The notes beneath the pieces were generated by a model. It was not told where the DNA came from. It ran no database searches and saw only the letters and a list, made by a program, of their open reading frames with translations. Positions 38,965 through 48,197 of a DNA stretch of 64,000 bases are shown here, piece after piece (the stretch's first letter is position 1; the number at the start of each line of letters is the position of its first letter). The DNA comes from a virus. Both the position numbers and the translations under genes were made by a program. The DNA lies in the IMG/VR virus record IMGVR_UViG_3300026189_001009, positions 1 through 64,000 of that record; one strand, written 5' to 3'.

Positions 38965-40052
38965 TGTTTAAAACACAAGACATCGATGAAATTATGATTG
39001 AGATTACAAGTAATTGTAATGCTATGTGTTTGGACTGTGGCAGAAACCTTGACGGAGTAAAATTAAATCCAAATTTAAAATTTGGCCATGCAGGTAATAT
39101 GAAACTAGAAGCATTTAAAAAAGTATTTGATCCAGCAGTTTTGCCTAAACTTGGCAAAATACATTTTGATGGAAACTTTGGTGATAGCATGATACACCCT
39201 CAAAGCATGGAGTTCATCAAACACATGGCAGAAAACTTTCCTGGAATAGAATTAGAAATTAATACCAATGGTGGTTATCATAGTACTGATTGGTGGAAAG
39301 AACTCGGCGAAGTAACATCTAAAGCATTTAATGAAGAAACTGAAATTAAGTTTGGTATTGATGGTATTGATAATGAAACACATGACAAGTATAGAAGAAA
39401 TGTTAAGTTTGATAAGATTATAGAAAATGCCAAAGCATTTATTGACGCAGGCGGAAAAGCATCATGGAAATTTTTGGAATTCGATCATAATCATCATCAA
39501 CGTGATGAGGCAGAAAAACTTGCTAAAAAATTAGGCTTTAATAAATTTCGTGTTAAAAAAACGAGATGGAGAGAAAAAGCCATAAGAAAAGCAACTGGCG
39601 AAGAACAATTTATATTTGGTAATGCTAGTAAAAAACATAGCAAAGAAAAATATGGTGGTATTCCAGATACACAACAAGCATACGTAGATAAAGTCAAAGA
39701 GCAGTTAAAACAGTTTAAAGATTTTACAAATGAATGTAAAATAGAATGTCCATGGTTACAAAGACTAAGATTGCAAATTGAATATGATGGTAGGGTATGG
39801 CAATGCTGTCATTTAAGTGGTAGATATGGTAGTGGTACAGGTTTTGCTAACGAGCAGTATCAGTATTATATTGATAAGCATGGAACTGAATGGAACAATA
39901 TTAATAACAACGATCTTGAAACTATACTAAATCATCCATATTGGGATGACCTACATAATAGTTTTGACAACAAAACAACAGATAAAAACAATCCAAGAAT
40001 AGTTAGATGTGCTGAAAAGTGCGGTCAAGGATTAGAAGAGTTAACAAATTAA
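38964..40052 (+). CDS. radical SAM protein, C-terminal Twitch-like
   Basis: CNAMCLDC; GNFGD; C...WQCC...CAEKC. Confidence 0.9.
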   Translation: MFKTQDIDEIMIEITSNCNAMCLDCGRNLDGVKLNPNLKFGHAGNMKLEAFKKVFDPAVLPKLGKIHFDGNFGDSMIHPQSMEFIKHMAENFPGIELEINTNGGYHSTDWWKELGEVTSKAFNEETEIKFGIDGIDNETHDKYRRNVKFDKIIENAKAFIDAGGKASWKFLEFDHNHHQRDEAEKLAKKLGFNKFRVKKTRWREKAIRKATGEEQFIFGNASKKHSKEKYGGIPDTQQAYVDKVKEQLKQFKDFTNECKIECPWLQRLRLQIEYDGRVWQCCHLSGRYGSGTGFANEQYQYYIDKHGTEWNNINNNDLETILNHPYWDDLHNSFDNKTTDKNNPRIVRCAEKCGQGLEELTN

Positions 40053-40053
40053 T

Positions 40054-41364
40054 ATGTCAGATACATTTTGCCCAATACCTTGGATATTTCAAGCAGTAAG
40101 AAACAATGGTGACGTTCGTATATGCTGTCAAGCAAACGTAACTAAGAACCAAGGTGTAGTCAGACACCCAGATGGAACTTCTTACAATGCTGGTAAAGAT
40201 AACATGGCAGATGCCAGAACAGCAGATTTTATGAATGTTGTACGTAAGAATATGTTAGAAGGTCGTTGGAGTGAAGAATGTGGTAGATGTAAAAGTGAAG
40301 AAGACTCAGGGCTAACAAGTAGAAGACAATATGAACAGCACTGGAACTTTAAACTAGAAGATGCAATTAAAGTTACTAACACTGATGGATCGATTAACAC
40401 TAATGACGTACCTTTGGTATATTACGATTTACGTTTTGGTAATCTTTGTAACTTAAAATGTAGAATGTGTGGTCCAACTGACAGTCACAGTTGGTATGAA
40501 GATTGGTTGCAACTGTATGGTGGTGATGGATTTAAAGACACACACGGTTACGTTAAATTACAAAAAAATAAAAAAGGTAGATTAAGCACTACTGATTACG
40601 ACTGGCATACCAGTGAAAAGTTTTGGGATCATATTGAATCAAATATTCCTAGCATGGAACACGTTTATATGGCAGGCGGCGAACCACTTATGATTGAAAG
40701 ACATTATGACTTTTTACAAAAGTGTGTTGATATGGGTCAAGCAGAAAAGATGAGTATCGAATATAATACTAACATGACAACTTTACAACCTAGGGTAATA
40801 GAATTATGGAAACATTTTAAATCAGTTATAATAGGTGCAAGTGTTGATGGTTATGGTCCTGTTGTAGAATATCAAAGATACCCAGCGAAGTGGTCGATGA
40901 TTAATAAAAATTTACAACAGATCGATGAGCTAGGACCAAATATTAGAGCTTGGTTGGCTTGTACAGTTACTACTTTAAATGTATTTCATATACCAGAATT
41001 CATGAAATGGAAACTACAAGAAAGCAACTTTAAAAAAATAAACTCAAGTAAAAAGAATCCTATTCTAACAATACACGTTGCACACTCACCAGCAACAGCC
41101 TGTATACAATCAATGCCTTTGGAAATGAAACAATTAGTTAAAGAAAAATATGATGACTTTAAAGATTGGTTAATCAACGAAGACTTGCCTGAACACGTAG
41201 TACAATCAGGTCTAAAAATAATCAATGATATAGTTACTTTTATGATGAAAGAGGATCGTTCAGAAAAGTGGGATTGGTTTTGTGAGTACACTAGACAGAT
41301 AGATAAGTTAAGAAATCAAAATATATTAGATGTAGTTCCAGAATATAAAAAATATTTTGATTGA
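40054..41364 (+). CDS. radical SAM protein, N-terminal Twitch domain
   Basis: FCPIPW...ICC...CGRC; CNLKCRMC; AGGEP. Confidence 0.9.
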   Translation: MSDTFCPIPWIFQAVRNNGDVRICCQANVTKNQGVVRHPDGTSYNAGKDNMADARTADFMNVVRKNMLEGRWSEECGRCKSEEDSGLTSRRQYEQHWNFKLEDAIKVTNTDGSINTNDVPLVYYDLRFGNLCNLKCRMCGPTDSHSWYEDWLQLYGGDGFKDTHGYVKLQKNKKGRLSTTDYDWHTSEKFWDHIESNIPSMEHVYMAGGEPLMIERHYDFLQKCVDMGQAEKMSIEYNTNMTTLQPRVIELWKHFKSVIIGASVDGYGPVVEYQRYPAKWSMINKNLQQIDELGPNIRAWLACTVTTLNVFHIPEFMKWKLQESNFKKINSSKKNPILTIHVAHSPATACIQSMPLEMKQLVKEKYDDFKDWLINEDLPEHVVQSGLKIINDIVTFMMKEDRSEKWDWFCEYTRQIDKLRNQNILDVVPEYKKYFD

Positions 41365-41388
41365 TTTATTTAAAAAAGTGTGTATAAT
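41361..41388 (+). promoter_or_regulatory. sigma70-type promoter upstream of tRNA-Glu/mtnN/fpr
   Basis: TTGATT-N16-TATAAT. Confidence 0.55.
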
Positions 41389-41397
41389 AAAAACTGT

Positions 41398-41472
41398 GGT
41401 CCCTTCGTCTATCGGTTAGGACAGCGGTTTTTCATACCGCAAAGAGGAGTTCGATTCTCCTAGGGACTACCA
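41398..41472 (+). tRNA. tRNA-Glu (TTC)
   Basis: GGTCCCT/AGGGACT acceptor stem, GCGGT-TTTTCAT-ACCGC arm, GTTCGA, CCA. Confidence 0.93.
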
Positions 41473-41502
41473 AATTTGAAACAGAACTCAGGAGGAAAAT
41501 GA

Positions 41503-42078
41503 GTGTACAACAAAATTGCAGTATTAGTGGCTTTGCCAGAAGAACTAAAAGGGATAGCAAATACTTTCTATACAAATGTAGGCAAAGTAAATGCAACAAT
41601 GAAAACCTTACAAGTAATAAACGAATTTAACCCAGATATGATAATTAACTATGGAACAGCAGGCACAGTAAACAACAAGCATAGTGGACTAGTTGAAGTT
41701 GATGTGATCGTACAACGTGATATGATAACAGAACCACAAGCACCGAGAGGTGTTACTCCATTTGAAAAAGACAATACTGCCGGACCTATAATGTTAAACA
41801 CAGGAACAAATATTACACTTGGAACGGGAGATAGCTTTGTACAAGAACATGATCCATGGTTTGAATATGCTAATATTGACATAGTTGATATGGAAGCATA
41901 TGGAATAGCTAAGGTTTGTCAATTGAACAACACGCCTTTCAAATGTTTCAAATATGTTACAGACTTTGCAGATAAGAATGCAATGGAAAATTGGACAGAA
42001 AATGTTAGTAACGGCCAACAAGCATTTACTGAAAAGTTTAATCAGTATGATGCTCAAATGGAATTATTTGAGTTATAA
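41503..42078 (+). CDS. mtnN: MTA/SAH nucleosidase family protein
   Basis: ALPEE, VGKVNA, INYGTAG, TGDSFV, VDMEAY, KYVTDFAD. Confidence 0.88.
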   Translation: MYNKIAVLVALPEELKGIANTFYTNVGKVNATMKTLQVINEFNPDMIINYGTAGTVNNKHSGLVEVDVIVQRDMITEPQAPRGVTPFEKDNTAGPIMLNTGTNITLGTGDSFVQEHDPWFEYANIDIVDMEAYGIAKVCQLNNTPFKCFKYVTDFADKNAMENWTENVSNGQQAFTEKFNQYDAQMELFEL

Positions 42079-42090
42079 CGAAAGAGAGAT

Positions 42091-42852
42091 ATGGCTATAA
42101 ACAAAGAAACAGTAACAGAAGTCAAGCACTGGTGTGATAAAACTTTTAGTTTTAAAACTACTAGAGATCCTGGCTTTAGATTTAACAATGGTGAATTCGC
42201 AATGATGGGATTAGAACATGAAGGTAAAAAAATACTTAGAGCTTACAGTGTTGCATCAGCTAACCATGAAGAACATTTAGAATGGCTATCAATTAAAGTC
42301 GAAAATGGTGAACTAACATCTAAATTACAAAATTTAAAAGTTGGTGATACAGTATTAGTGAATAGTAAAACAACTGGCACTTTAGTTATTGATTATCTAT
42401 TACCGGGACGTAATTTATATCTAATAGCAACAGGAACAGGACTTGCTCCTTACATGAGTATTATCAAAGATCCTGCAACTTATGATAGATTTGAAAAAGT
42501 AATACTAACGCATACTGTACAACATCCTGAAGAACTTGCATACCATGAAGAGCTTAACTGGTTCAATGAAGAATGGAAAGAAGTAACACAAGGAAAATTT
42601 AGATACTTCAATACATTAACACAACAAGATTGGCCCCGTACAGGTAGAATCACTGAATGGATAAAAAATGGTAGATTGTTTTCAGATACAGCAGGACAGA
42701 GCTTAGATGTAGAAAATGATAGATTTATGGTATGTGGTTCGATGGGACTTAATACAGATTTAATGGAACATTTTAAATCATTAGGAATGAAAGAAGGTAG
42801 CACTTCAACACCGGGTTTTTTTGTAGTAGAAAAAGCCTTTGTAGAAAAATAG
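42091..42852 (+). CDS. fpr: ferredoxin/flavodoxin-NADP+ reductase
   Basis: FSFKTTRD, RAYSVAS, ATGTGLAPY, MVCGS, VVEKAFVEK. Confidence 0.95.
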   Translation: MAINKETVTEVKHWCDKTFSFKTTRDPGFRFNNGEFAMMGLEHEGKKILRAYSVASANHEEHLEWLSIKVENGELTSKLQNLKVGDTVLVNSKTTGTLVIDYLLPGRNLYLIATGTGLAPYMSIIKDPATYDRFEKVILTHTVQHPEELAYHEELNWFNEEWKEVTQGKFRYFNTLTQQDWPRTGRITEWIKNGRLFSDTAGQSLDVENDRFMVCGSMGLNTDLMEHFKSLGMKEGSTSTPGFFVVEKAFVEK

Positions 42853-42860
42853 GAAAAAAC

Positions 42861-43412
42861 ATGAAAATTTTATTGACTGATATTGACGGAGTACTACTCG
42901 ACTGGTCCGGACACTTTAACAAATATTTAAAAACTTATCATCCGGAGTTAGGATTAATGAATCCAACAGAGTTTAATCAACATTCAGATATTGCAAAAGT
43001 AATGCAAAACTTTAATCGATCTGCCTGGCTTGGTTATCTAAAACCTCATAAAGATGCGGCAGAATTATTACCGGAATTTAAAAAAGCAGGGTATGACATT
43101 ATTTGTTGTACTGCTATGGGGCATGATCCTTATTCATATTCTTTAAGAAAACAAAATTTAGAAAATGTATTCCCAGGATTAATCAGTAGAATGGATGTTA
43201 CTGGTTTTGGAGAATCAAAAGCTGAGTGGTTATCTCAATACAAAGGAAGTGGAGCAATTTGGGTAGAAGATAAATGGGCCAATGCTAAAGCAGGAGCCGA
43301 TACGGGGTTAAATACATATTTAATGAGGCATGAATATAATGCCAGCCAGGATTACACTGGTGTAAAGAAAGTTGATAATTGGGTACAAATATATAATGAG
43401 AATGCTATTTGA
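42861..43412 (+). CDS. HAD-family phosphatase/5'-nucleotidase-like (T4 30.2-like)
   Basis: LTDIDGVLLDW, WVEDK. Confidence 0.8.
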   Translation: MKILLTDIDGVLLDWSGHFNKYLKTYHPELGLMNPTEFNQHSDIAKVMQNFNRSAWLGYLKPHKDAAELLPEFKKAGYDIICCTAMGHDPYSYSLRKQNLENVFPGLISRMDVTGFGESKAEWLSQYKGSGAIWVEDKWANAKAGADTGLNTYLMRHEYNASQDYTGVKKVDNWVQIYNENAI

Positions 43413-44301
43413 AAGACAGTTTAAACGATTAAAGCATAACCTTGACATACGATTCTATAAAGGATACTGTGCATATTGTAAAGAACACAAAAAAGGACCA
43501 GTCGATGTTACTGATCGTCATGCAATGATTGTGCCTTTCTTTTCTTCAAATGAGTTGTCAGACTTAACAAGAAAAGATATAGTCAAGTGGATTAGTAGGC
43601 ATAAATTTACTCGTATTGATGCTACTGTAAACAATATAGTGGTATCATGTTTATTTTACAAAGATACATCTACAAATACATATCATATGATTGATCCTAT
43701 TAGAGCAAAAGTAGATGGTTTACGATATTCATTGTATCGTTATTTTCAAGCAACATTAATTTTATTTTTAGCCTCAAAATTAAAAACTAAAGAAAAGAAA
43801 AAAGAGTTTGTAGAATCAATATCTAAAGATTTATCTTCTAATTTCATAGAAACATATTTTGATAAAGATTATCAACTAATTGATGATTGGGATGAGATAT
43901 TAGAAAATGCTGAAAACGGTATTTTGCATAAATGGTTGAGAGAAGAATATAAACTAAATGCACAAGGAAAGTATCAATATAAAAATAAAGTAGTAGACTC
44001 AGAAGCATCAGATAAATCATGGAAATTATTTAAAGATGGACTAATGCCACCGGCTCTAGAAAATCTTAAATTGACAATATCAGATGAAGTGGATTTGCAT
44101 GAAATTTGTAACACAGATCTTTCAACTATAGATTTAAACACTGTAGGTCCTCTTGTGATGGAAAAATTTGAACAATGGTACAATGGACAAGCAAAAGATA
44201 CTGTGATGTGTAATCTATGCTACAATAAAAAAGAAGTAAGAAAATGGGCTAGAAATAGTTTTCTTTTTGCTACTAAAAAAGGTAAAACTCCTAAAAAATA
44301 A
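43402..44301 (+). CDS. hypothetical protein with distant CxxC pairs
   Basis: CAYC near N-terminus, CNLC near C-terminus; start 43396 or 43402. Confidence 0.65.
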   Translation: MLFERQFKRLKHNLDIRFYKGYCAYCKEHKKGPVDVTDRHAMIVPFFSSNELSDLTRKDIVKWISRHKFTRIDATVNNIVVSCLFYKDTSTNTYHMIDPIRAKVDGLRYSLYRYFQATLILFLASKLKTKEKKKEFVESISKDLSSNFIETYFDKDYQLIDDWDEILENAENGILHKWLREEYKLNAQGKYQYKNKVVDSEASDKSWKLFKDGLMPPALENLKLTISDEVDLHEICNTDLSTIDLNTVGPLVMEKFEQWYNGQAKDTVMCNLCYNKKEVRKWARNSFLFATKKGKTPKK

Positions 44302-44314
44302 TCAAAAAACCGAC

Positions 44315-44342
44315 TTGACAAGATTGCTTTTTGTGTTAATAT
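44315..44342 (+). promoter_or_regulatory. sigma70-type promoter, leaderless
   Basis: TTGACA-N16 with extended TG, TAATAT; ATG 6 nt downstream. Confidence 0.6.
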
Positions 44343-44348
44343 TATAAT

Positions 44349-45017
44349 ATGAGCAAAAGCAAAATACATGAATGGAATTTACTTGATGCTATTACTATTG
44401 CCATTGATGTCTTTAAGGCACAAGGGTATTTAAAATGGGCGGAAGATAATAAAATATCCAATAAAGAAGAAGTTAAAAAGAAGTTAGAATTACTATCTGA
44501 CTCTAAATATTGGTTGCCAGATTACTCATCTGACATTGAGTACATATTTGAATTAAAAAAAGAACTAGTTTTTAAAAAATTAAGTGGCACAATTACTGAT
44601 TATGAAGTCAATGTACTAGGAATACTAGAAAAAGCAACAGTTGATGTTAGACATATTGGGCTAGTATCTAGTTTACCGCTTATGGCACAAAATATTCAGA
44701 AGAAAGAAAAGAGAAAACAAAGATTTGAACACTATCAAGAACACAGTAAGTTTCTTGGTATGATAGGTTCTATGTGGAAAGGAACTGCAACAGTATTAGA
44801 GAAGACTGTAAAAACAAGCAAATGGGGTCAGTTCTGGATAGTAGTATTTGACAACGAAGGTAAAAATATTGTTAAATGGTTAACCAACAAAGAACCACAA
44901 TGCGATATTGATGATCAAATAACTTTATCTGGAGTGGTAAAGCAACACACTCAAACTGATTGGTATGGTAGCGAAACAATATTAAAAAACTGTAGGATAT
45001 CTAAATGCACAAAATAA
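44349..45017 (+). CDS. hypothetical protein, C-terminal OB-fold-like
   Basis: SKFLG...ITLSGVVKQH...ETIL pattern. Confidence 0.6.
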   Translation: MSKSKIHEWNLLDAITIAIDVFKAQGYLKWAEDNKISNKEEVKKKLELLSDSKYWLPDYSSDIEYIFELKKELVFKKLSGTITDYEVNVLGILEKATVDVRHIGLVSSLPLMAQNIQKKEKRKQRFEHYQEHSKFLGMIGSMWKGTATVLEKTVKTSKWGQFWIVVFDNEGKNIVKWLTNKEPQCDIDDQITLSGVVKQHTQTDWYGSETILKNCRISKCTK

Positions 45018-46285
45018 TTCAAGAACTAGAAGCAGACAACAGTCGTTTAAAGAAGGAAGCAATCATTAGAAGAGAATCAGATGCTGACAATATTAGATTC
45101 TTTAACGGTGTTGGAATGGCATTAGATGGATTTAGAACATTTGGTATACAGAAAGTTCCTGTATCTAAAGCAGATGGGCCTGGTATCACACAAACAGAGT
45201 TTGATGATATCGTTAGACGTTTAGAAGATAGAACACTCACAGGTAATGAAATGCGAGATGTCATACAAGACTTATGCGATAGATCCAAAATGGAAGAATG
45301 GAATGATTGGTATAGAAGAATATTAATTAAAGATTTAAGATGTGGTGTTACACATAAAACTATTAACAAGCATTCTACAATGAAGGTTCCTGTATTTGAA
45401 TGTATGTTAGCAGATGACAGCAAAAAACATGAAAAGAAAATGACAGGTGAAGTTATTGTAGAGCCTAAACTAGATGGTGTTAGAGTAGTAGTCATTTGTG
45501 ATATAGATAAAGACGAAGTTAAGTTGTTTAGTAGAAATGGTAAAGAGTTATCAAACTTTCCAGAAATTAACAAACAGTTTGATGATATGATGGATCAAAT
45601 GGCAGGCAGTATGGTATTTGATGGTGAAGTAATGAGTGATGACTTTCAAACTCTTATGAGAGAAATACATAGGAAAGCAGGAGCAAAAACACAAGATGCT
45701 ATTTTAAATCTTTTTGATTGTATGCCTTTAGAAGATTTTAAAGAAGGCCAATGCCATCAACCAATCTTAAACAGAAAGCAAATGCTAGAAGGTTTTAAGT
45801 ATGGTCCTAACATACGTCTAGTAGAATATGTTAAAATGAATTTAAGTGATGATGAAGGACAAAAGGAGTTTGCAGACTATAATAAAATTTGTATTGATAA
45901 AGGTTACGAAGGAATAATGGTGAAACCTGTCAAAGGTGTTTATGAATGTAAAAGAAGTTCGTTATGGTTAAAAGTAAAACCATTTATTGAAGTTTCTCTA
46001 ACTGTGAAAGCAGTTGAAGAAGGCACAGGTCGTAATGTGGGTAAACTTGGTGCTCTCATAGTTGAAGGTACTGATGACGGCAAACTTATCAAAACCAATG
46101 TTGGATCAGGATTAACTGATAGCAACAGAGAAGAGTTTTGGAAATTTAAAGATAAACTAATTGGTCAAGTGGTAGAAGTAAGAGCTGATGCTATTACACA
46201 AAATCAAGACACTAAAGATGAATGGAGTTTAAGGTTTCCAAGGTTTCTTCGATTTAGAGGATTTAATCCAGGAGAAAAAATGTAA
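45005..46285 (+). CDS. lig: ATP-dependent DNA ligase
   Basis: EPKLDGVR adenylation motif, FDGE, GYEGIMVK, WLKVK, VGSG, SLRFPRF. Confidence 0.95.
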   Translation: MHKIIQELEADNSRLKKEAIIRRESDADNIRFFNGVGMALDGFRTFGIQKVPVSKADGPGITQTEFDDIVRRLEDRTLTGNEMRDVIQDLCDRSKMEEWNDWYRRILIKDLRCGVTHKTINKHSTMKVPVFECMLADDSKKHEKKMTGEVIVEPKLDGVRVVVICDIDKDEVKLFSRNGKELSNFPEINKQFDDMMDQMAGSMVFDGEVMSDDFQTLMREIHRKAGAKTQDAILNLFDCMPLEDFKEGQCHQPILNRKQMLEGFKYGPNIRLVEYVKMNLSDDEGQKEFADYNKICIDKGYEGIMVKPVKGVYECKRSSLWLKVKPFIEVSLTVKAVEEGTGRNVGKLGALIVEGTDDGKLIKTNVGSGLTDSNREEFWKFKDKLIGQVVEVRADAITQNQDTKDEWSLRFPRFLRFRGFNPGEKM

Positions 46286-46546
46286 ATGGGTAAGCACTTA
46301 AAAACTTCAATGGACGAAAAAATAATAGATTATCTTTCAATTGAACTTCATAGACTTGATCCAGATAATAAAATTTTAAACAAGTTCAAGCAAATGAAAA
46401 ACCATGAAGGTCAAACTATTGCTAAAACAATTAGTGAATTTAAAAAAACTAAAAAGTTTCCAGAACACTATAATACTGATTCTGGCGTTGTTAAATTTAA
46501 TGATTTTATAAAGGAGAACAAATATAATGAAGGACTGGATGATTAG
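46286..46546 (+). CDS. hypothetical protein
   Basis: Coupled ORF. Confidence 0.6.
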   Translation: MGKHLKTSMDEKIIDYLSIELHRLDPDNKILNKFKQMKNHEGQTIAKTISEFKKTKKFPEHYNTDSGVVKFNDFIKENKYNEGLDD

Positions 46547-46901
46547 AACGGCGACCATTCTTTTTGATGATTCAAAGAATGACCTTCGAGCATTACCAAA
46601 AACAGTTAGATTACAACTTTTAACAGTATTAAGTTTTGTTTGGTCTACTGCCTTTACACTTTATATTTGGGGAATACTGAGACCAGATATCTGGACAGGA
46701 TTAGTATTAGGACACATGGCAATTATATTTGCATCTTATTACACATTTAAACAATTCCATAATATTAAAGAACGAAAATATGATTTCGGTGGCTATCATT
46801 CATATGGTCGTGGAAGAGATTACGTTATTCTTAGAGATAAGAAAGGAAACCCTTTTAAATTTAAACTACCAAAATCAGACCCAGGAGGAGAACATGAGTA
46901 A
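46527..46901 (+). CDS. small membrane protein
   Basis: Two TM segments; AAGGAG SD. Confidence 0.65.
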   Translation: MKDWMIRTATILFDDSKNDLRALPKTVRLQLLTVLSFVWSTAFTLYIWGILRPDIWTGLVLGHMAIIFASYYTFKQFHNIKERKYDFGGYHSYGRGRDYVILRDKKGNPFKFKLPKSDPGGEHE

Positions 46902-47022
46902 ATGGATTGATCCAAAAAATCCCCATACTGTAGGTAAGAGTTTTCTAAATTTAGGAAACCATGTTTTACTTGCAGGTTTTGTAGGAGCAATCATATTTGT
47001 GGTTGTAGCAAGTTACGGTTAA
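46894..47022 (+). CDS. 42-aa membrane peptide
   Basis: MSKWIDPKNP...LLAGFVGAIIFVVVASYG; AGGAGGAG SD. Confidence 0.55.
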   Translation: MSKWIDPKNPHTVGKSFLNLGNHVLLAGFVGAIIFVVVASYG

Positions 47023-47048
47023 AACAATAACAACATCATAGGAGAAAG

Positions 47049-47240
47049 ATGAATAAAAAGAAAGCAAGATGGGATATATTTCCTGAAGAATTATTTCAAG
47101 GGCTAAGAACAATACTGCTCATAACATTTGGAGGAATCGCACTATTTTTTGGAGGTTGGAAATTTCCCTATCCAACTGCAATAGTAGTAATGGTCGTTAG
47201 TGTTGGATTTCTAATATGGGCAAGAAAGTGGTTTGAATGA
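47049..47240 (+). CDS. small membrane protein
   Basis: Two TMs; AGGAG SD. Confidence 0.6.
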   Translation: MNKKKARWDIFPEELFQGLRTILLITFGGIALFFGGWKFPYPTAIVVMVVSVGFLIWARKWFE

Positions 47241-47353
47241 TTAAGAAAATGAAAACATTCGCTAAAGAAATTTTAAAAGAGCCGTGGATAATCACAAGCT
47301 GGATAATAATGATAGGTGGCTTGGTTGCTTATGTATGGGGGTCAACACAATGA
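47237..47353 (+). CDS. 38-aa single-TM protein
   Basis: Manual translation; ATGA overlaps at both ends. Confidence 0.5.
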   Translation: MIKKMKTFAKEILKEPWIITSWIIMIGGLVAYVWGSTQ

Positions 47354-47592
47354 ATAATTTGTTTAAAACAATTCTAATTTATGAATTACTTGCATTCGCA
47401 ATATGGAATATAATGGTAAGAACACAATCAGATTATGAAATGTGGTTATTTGAAAATATACATACAACCATTTATACTATTTTAGCATCTTTATTATTAA
47501 TAGCAACAATTGTTTATGTTGCAAAGAAAGTTGGACATAGAATAAAACAGCCAGAAATTTTAGTAAAAGATCCAAGGAGGCCTAATGCATAG
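47350..47592 (+). CDS. small membrane protein
   Basis: Start MNNLFK at 47350; two TMs. Confidence 0.55.
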   Translation: MNNLFKTILIYELLAFAIWNIMVRTQSDYEMWLFENIHTTIYTILASLLLIATIVYVAKKVGHRIKQPEILVKDPRRPNA

Positions 47593-47797
47593 ATACCAAA
47601 TTTGGTACATACCAAGAATACAAGATGAGTTGGCAATAGCTCATTTTGAAGTTGAAGATAAAGCCCATGATGCCATGAATTATCTTAAACACAACAGACC
47701 AAAAGCATATCCACATCATTATATTTGGGACAGTAAAACCAAAAAGAAAATAGAAGTAAAAGAACACTGGGACGAATTTGGATGGTGGGGGAGTTGA
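47585..47797 (+). CDS. hypothetical protein
   Basis: AAGGAGG SD upstream. Confidence 0.6.
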   Translation: MHRYQIWYIPRIQDELAIAHFEVEDKAHDAMNYLKHNRPKAYPHHYIWDSKTKKKIEVKEHWDEFGWWGS

Positions 47798-47822
47798 CAG
47801 ATTACGAAAAGTATAATATAAT
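47794..47822 (+). promoter_or_regulatory. sigma70 consensus promoter
   Basis: TTGACA-N17-TATAAT. Confidence 0.75.
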
Positions 47823-47853
47823 AAAAGAAAAAATAAAATAACCAAGGAGGGTT

Positions 47854-48054
47854 ATGACAAGTGTTGACGATTATGATCACGACAAAACATACGAAAATGA
47901 ACAAAGCATGGTAACTATTCCATTAAAGGAATATGATAAGTTAAGAGAAAAACAAAAATATATTACTGACAAAGATATGATTGCAGTAGTAGATAAAATT
48001 GAAGAACTTGTTAGAGCATTAAGAAAACACATTGTTAGATCGGATTTTGACTAA
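47854..48054 (+). CDS. hypothetical protein
   Basis: AAGGAGG SD; VTIPLKEYDKL coiled motif. Confidence 0.65.
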   Translation: MTSVDDYDHDKTYENEQSMVTIPLKEYDKLREKQKYITDKDMIAVVDKIEELVRALRKHIVRSDFD

Positions 48055-48197
48055 TGAACAAACAACATTGGGATAAGGTAGAAGAAGACAACAAAGATAT
48101 AATGAAAAGAATGCACCCAGCTACACTAATACCAGGATACTTAATTGGTTTGATGGTAATTGTTGGCTGTCTTTTTAAAGGATACATGGGGTGGTAA
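48054..48197 (+). CDS. 47-aa single-TM protein
   Basis: Manual translation MNKQHWDK...LFKGYMGW; coupled on both sides. Confidence 0.5.
   Translation: MNKQHWDKVEEDNKDIMKRMHPATLIPGYLIGLMVIVGCLFKGYMGW

Noticed and set aside
27391-41364. Assigning array members as QueE, NrdG, MoaA or viperin
   Set aside because: Family-specific motifs not recognised; the shared auxiliary Cys modules indicate Twitch/SPASM-like subgroups.
25987-41472. RiPP precursor peptide or RRE domain for the radical SAM array
   Set aside because: Intergenic spaces are under ~35 nt, with no short Cys- or aromatic-rich ORF and no recognisable PqqD-like domain.
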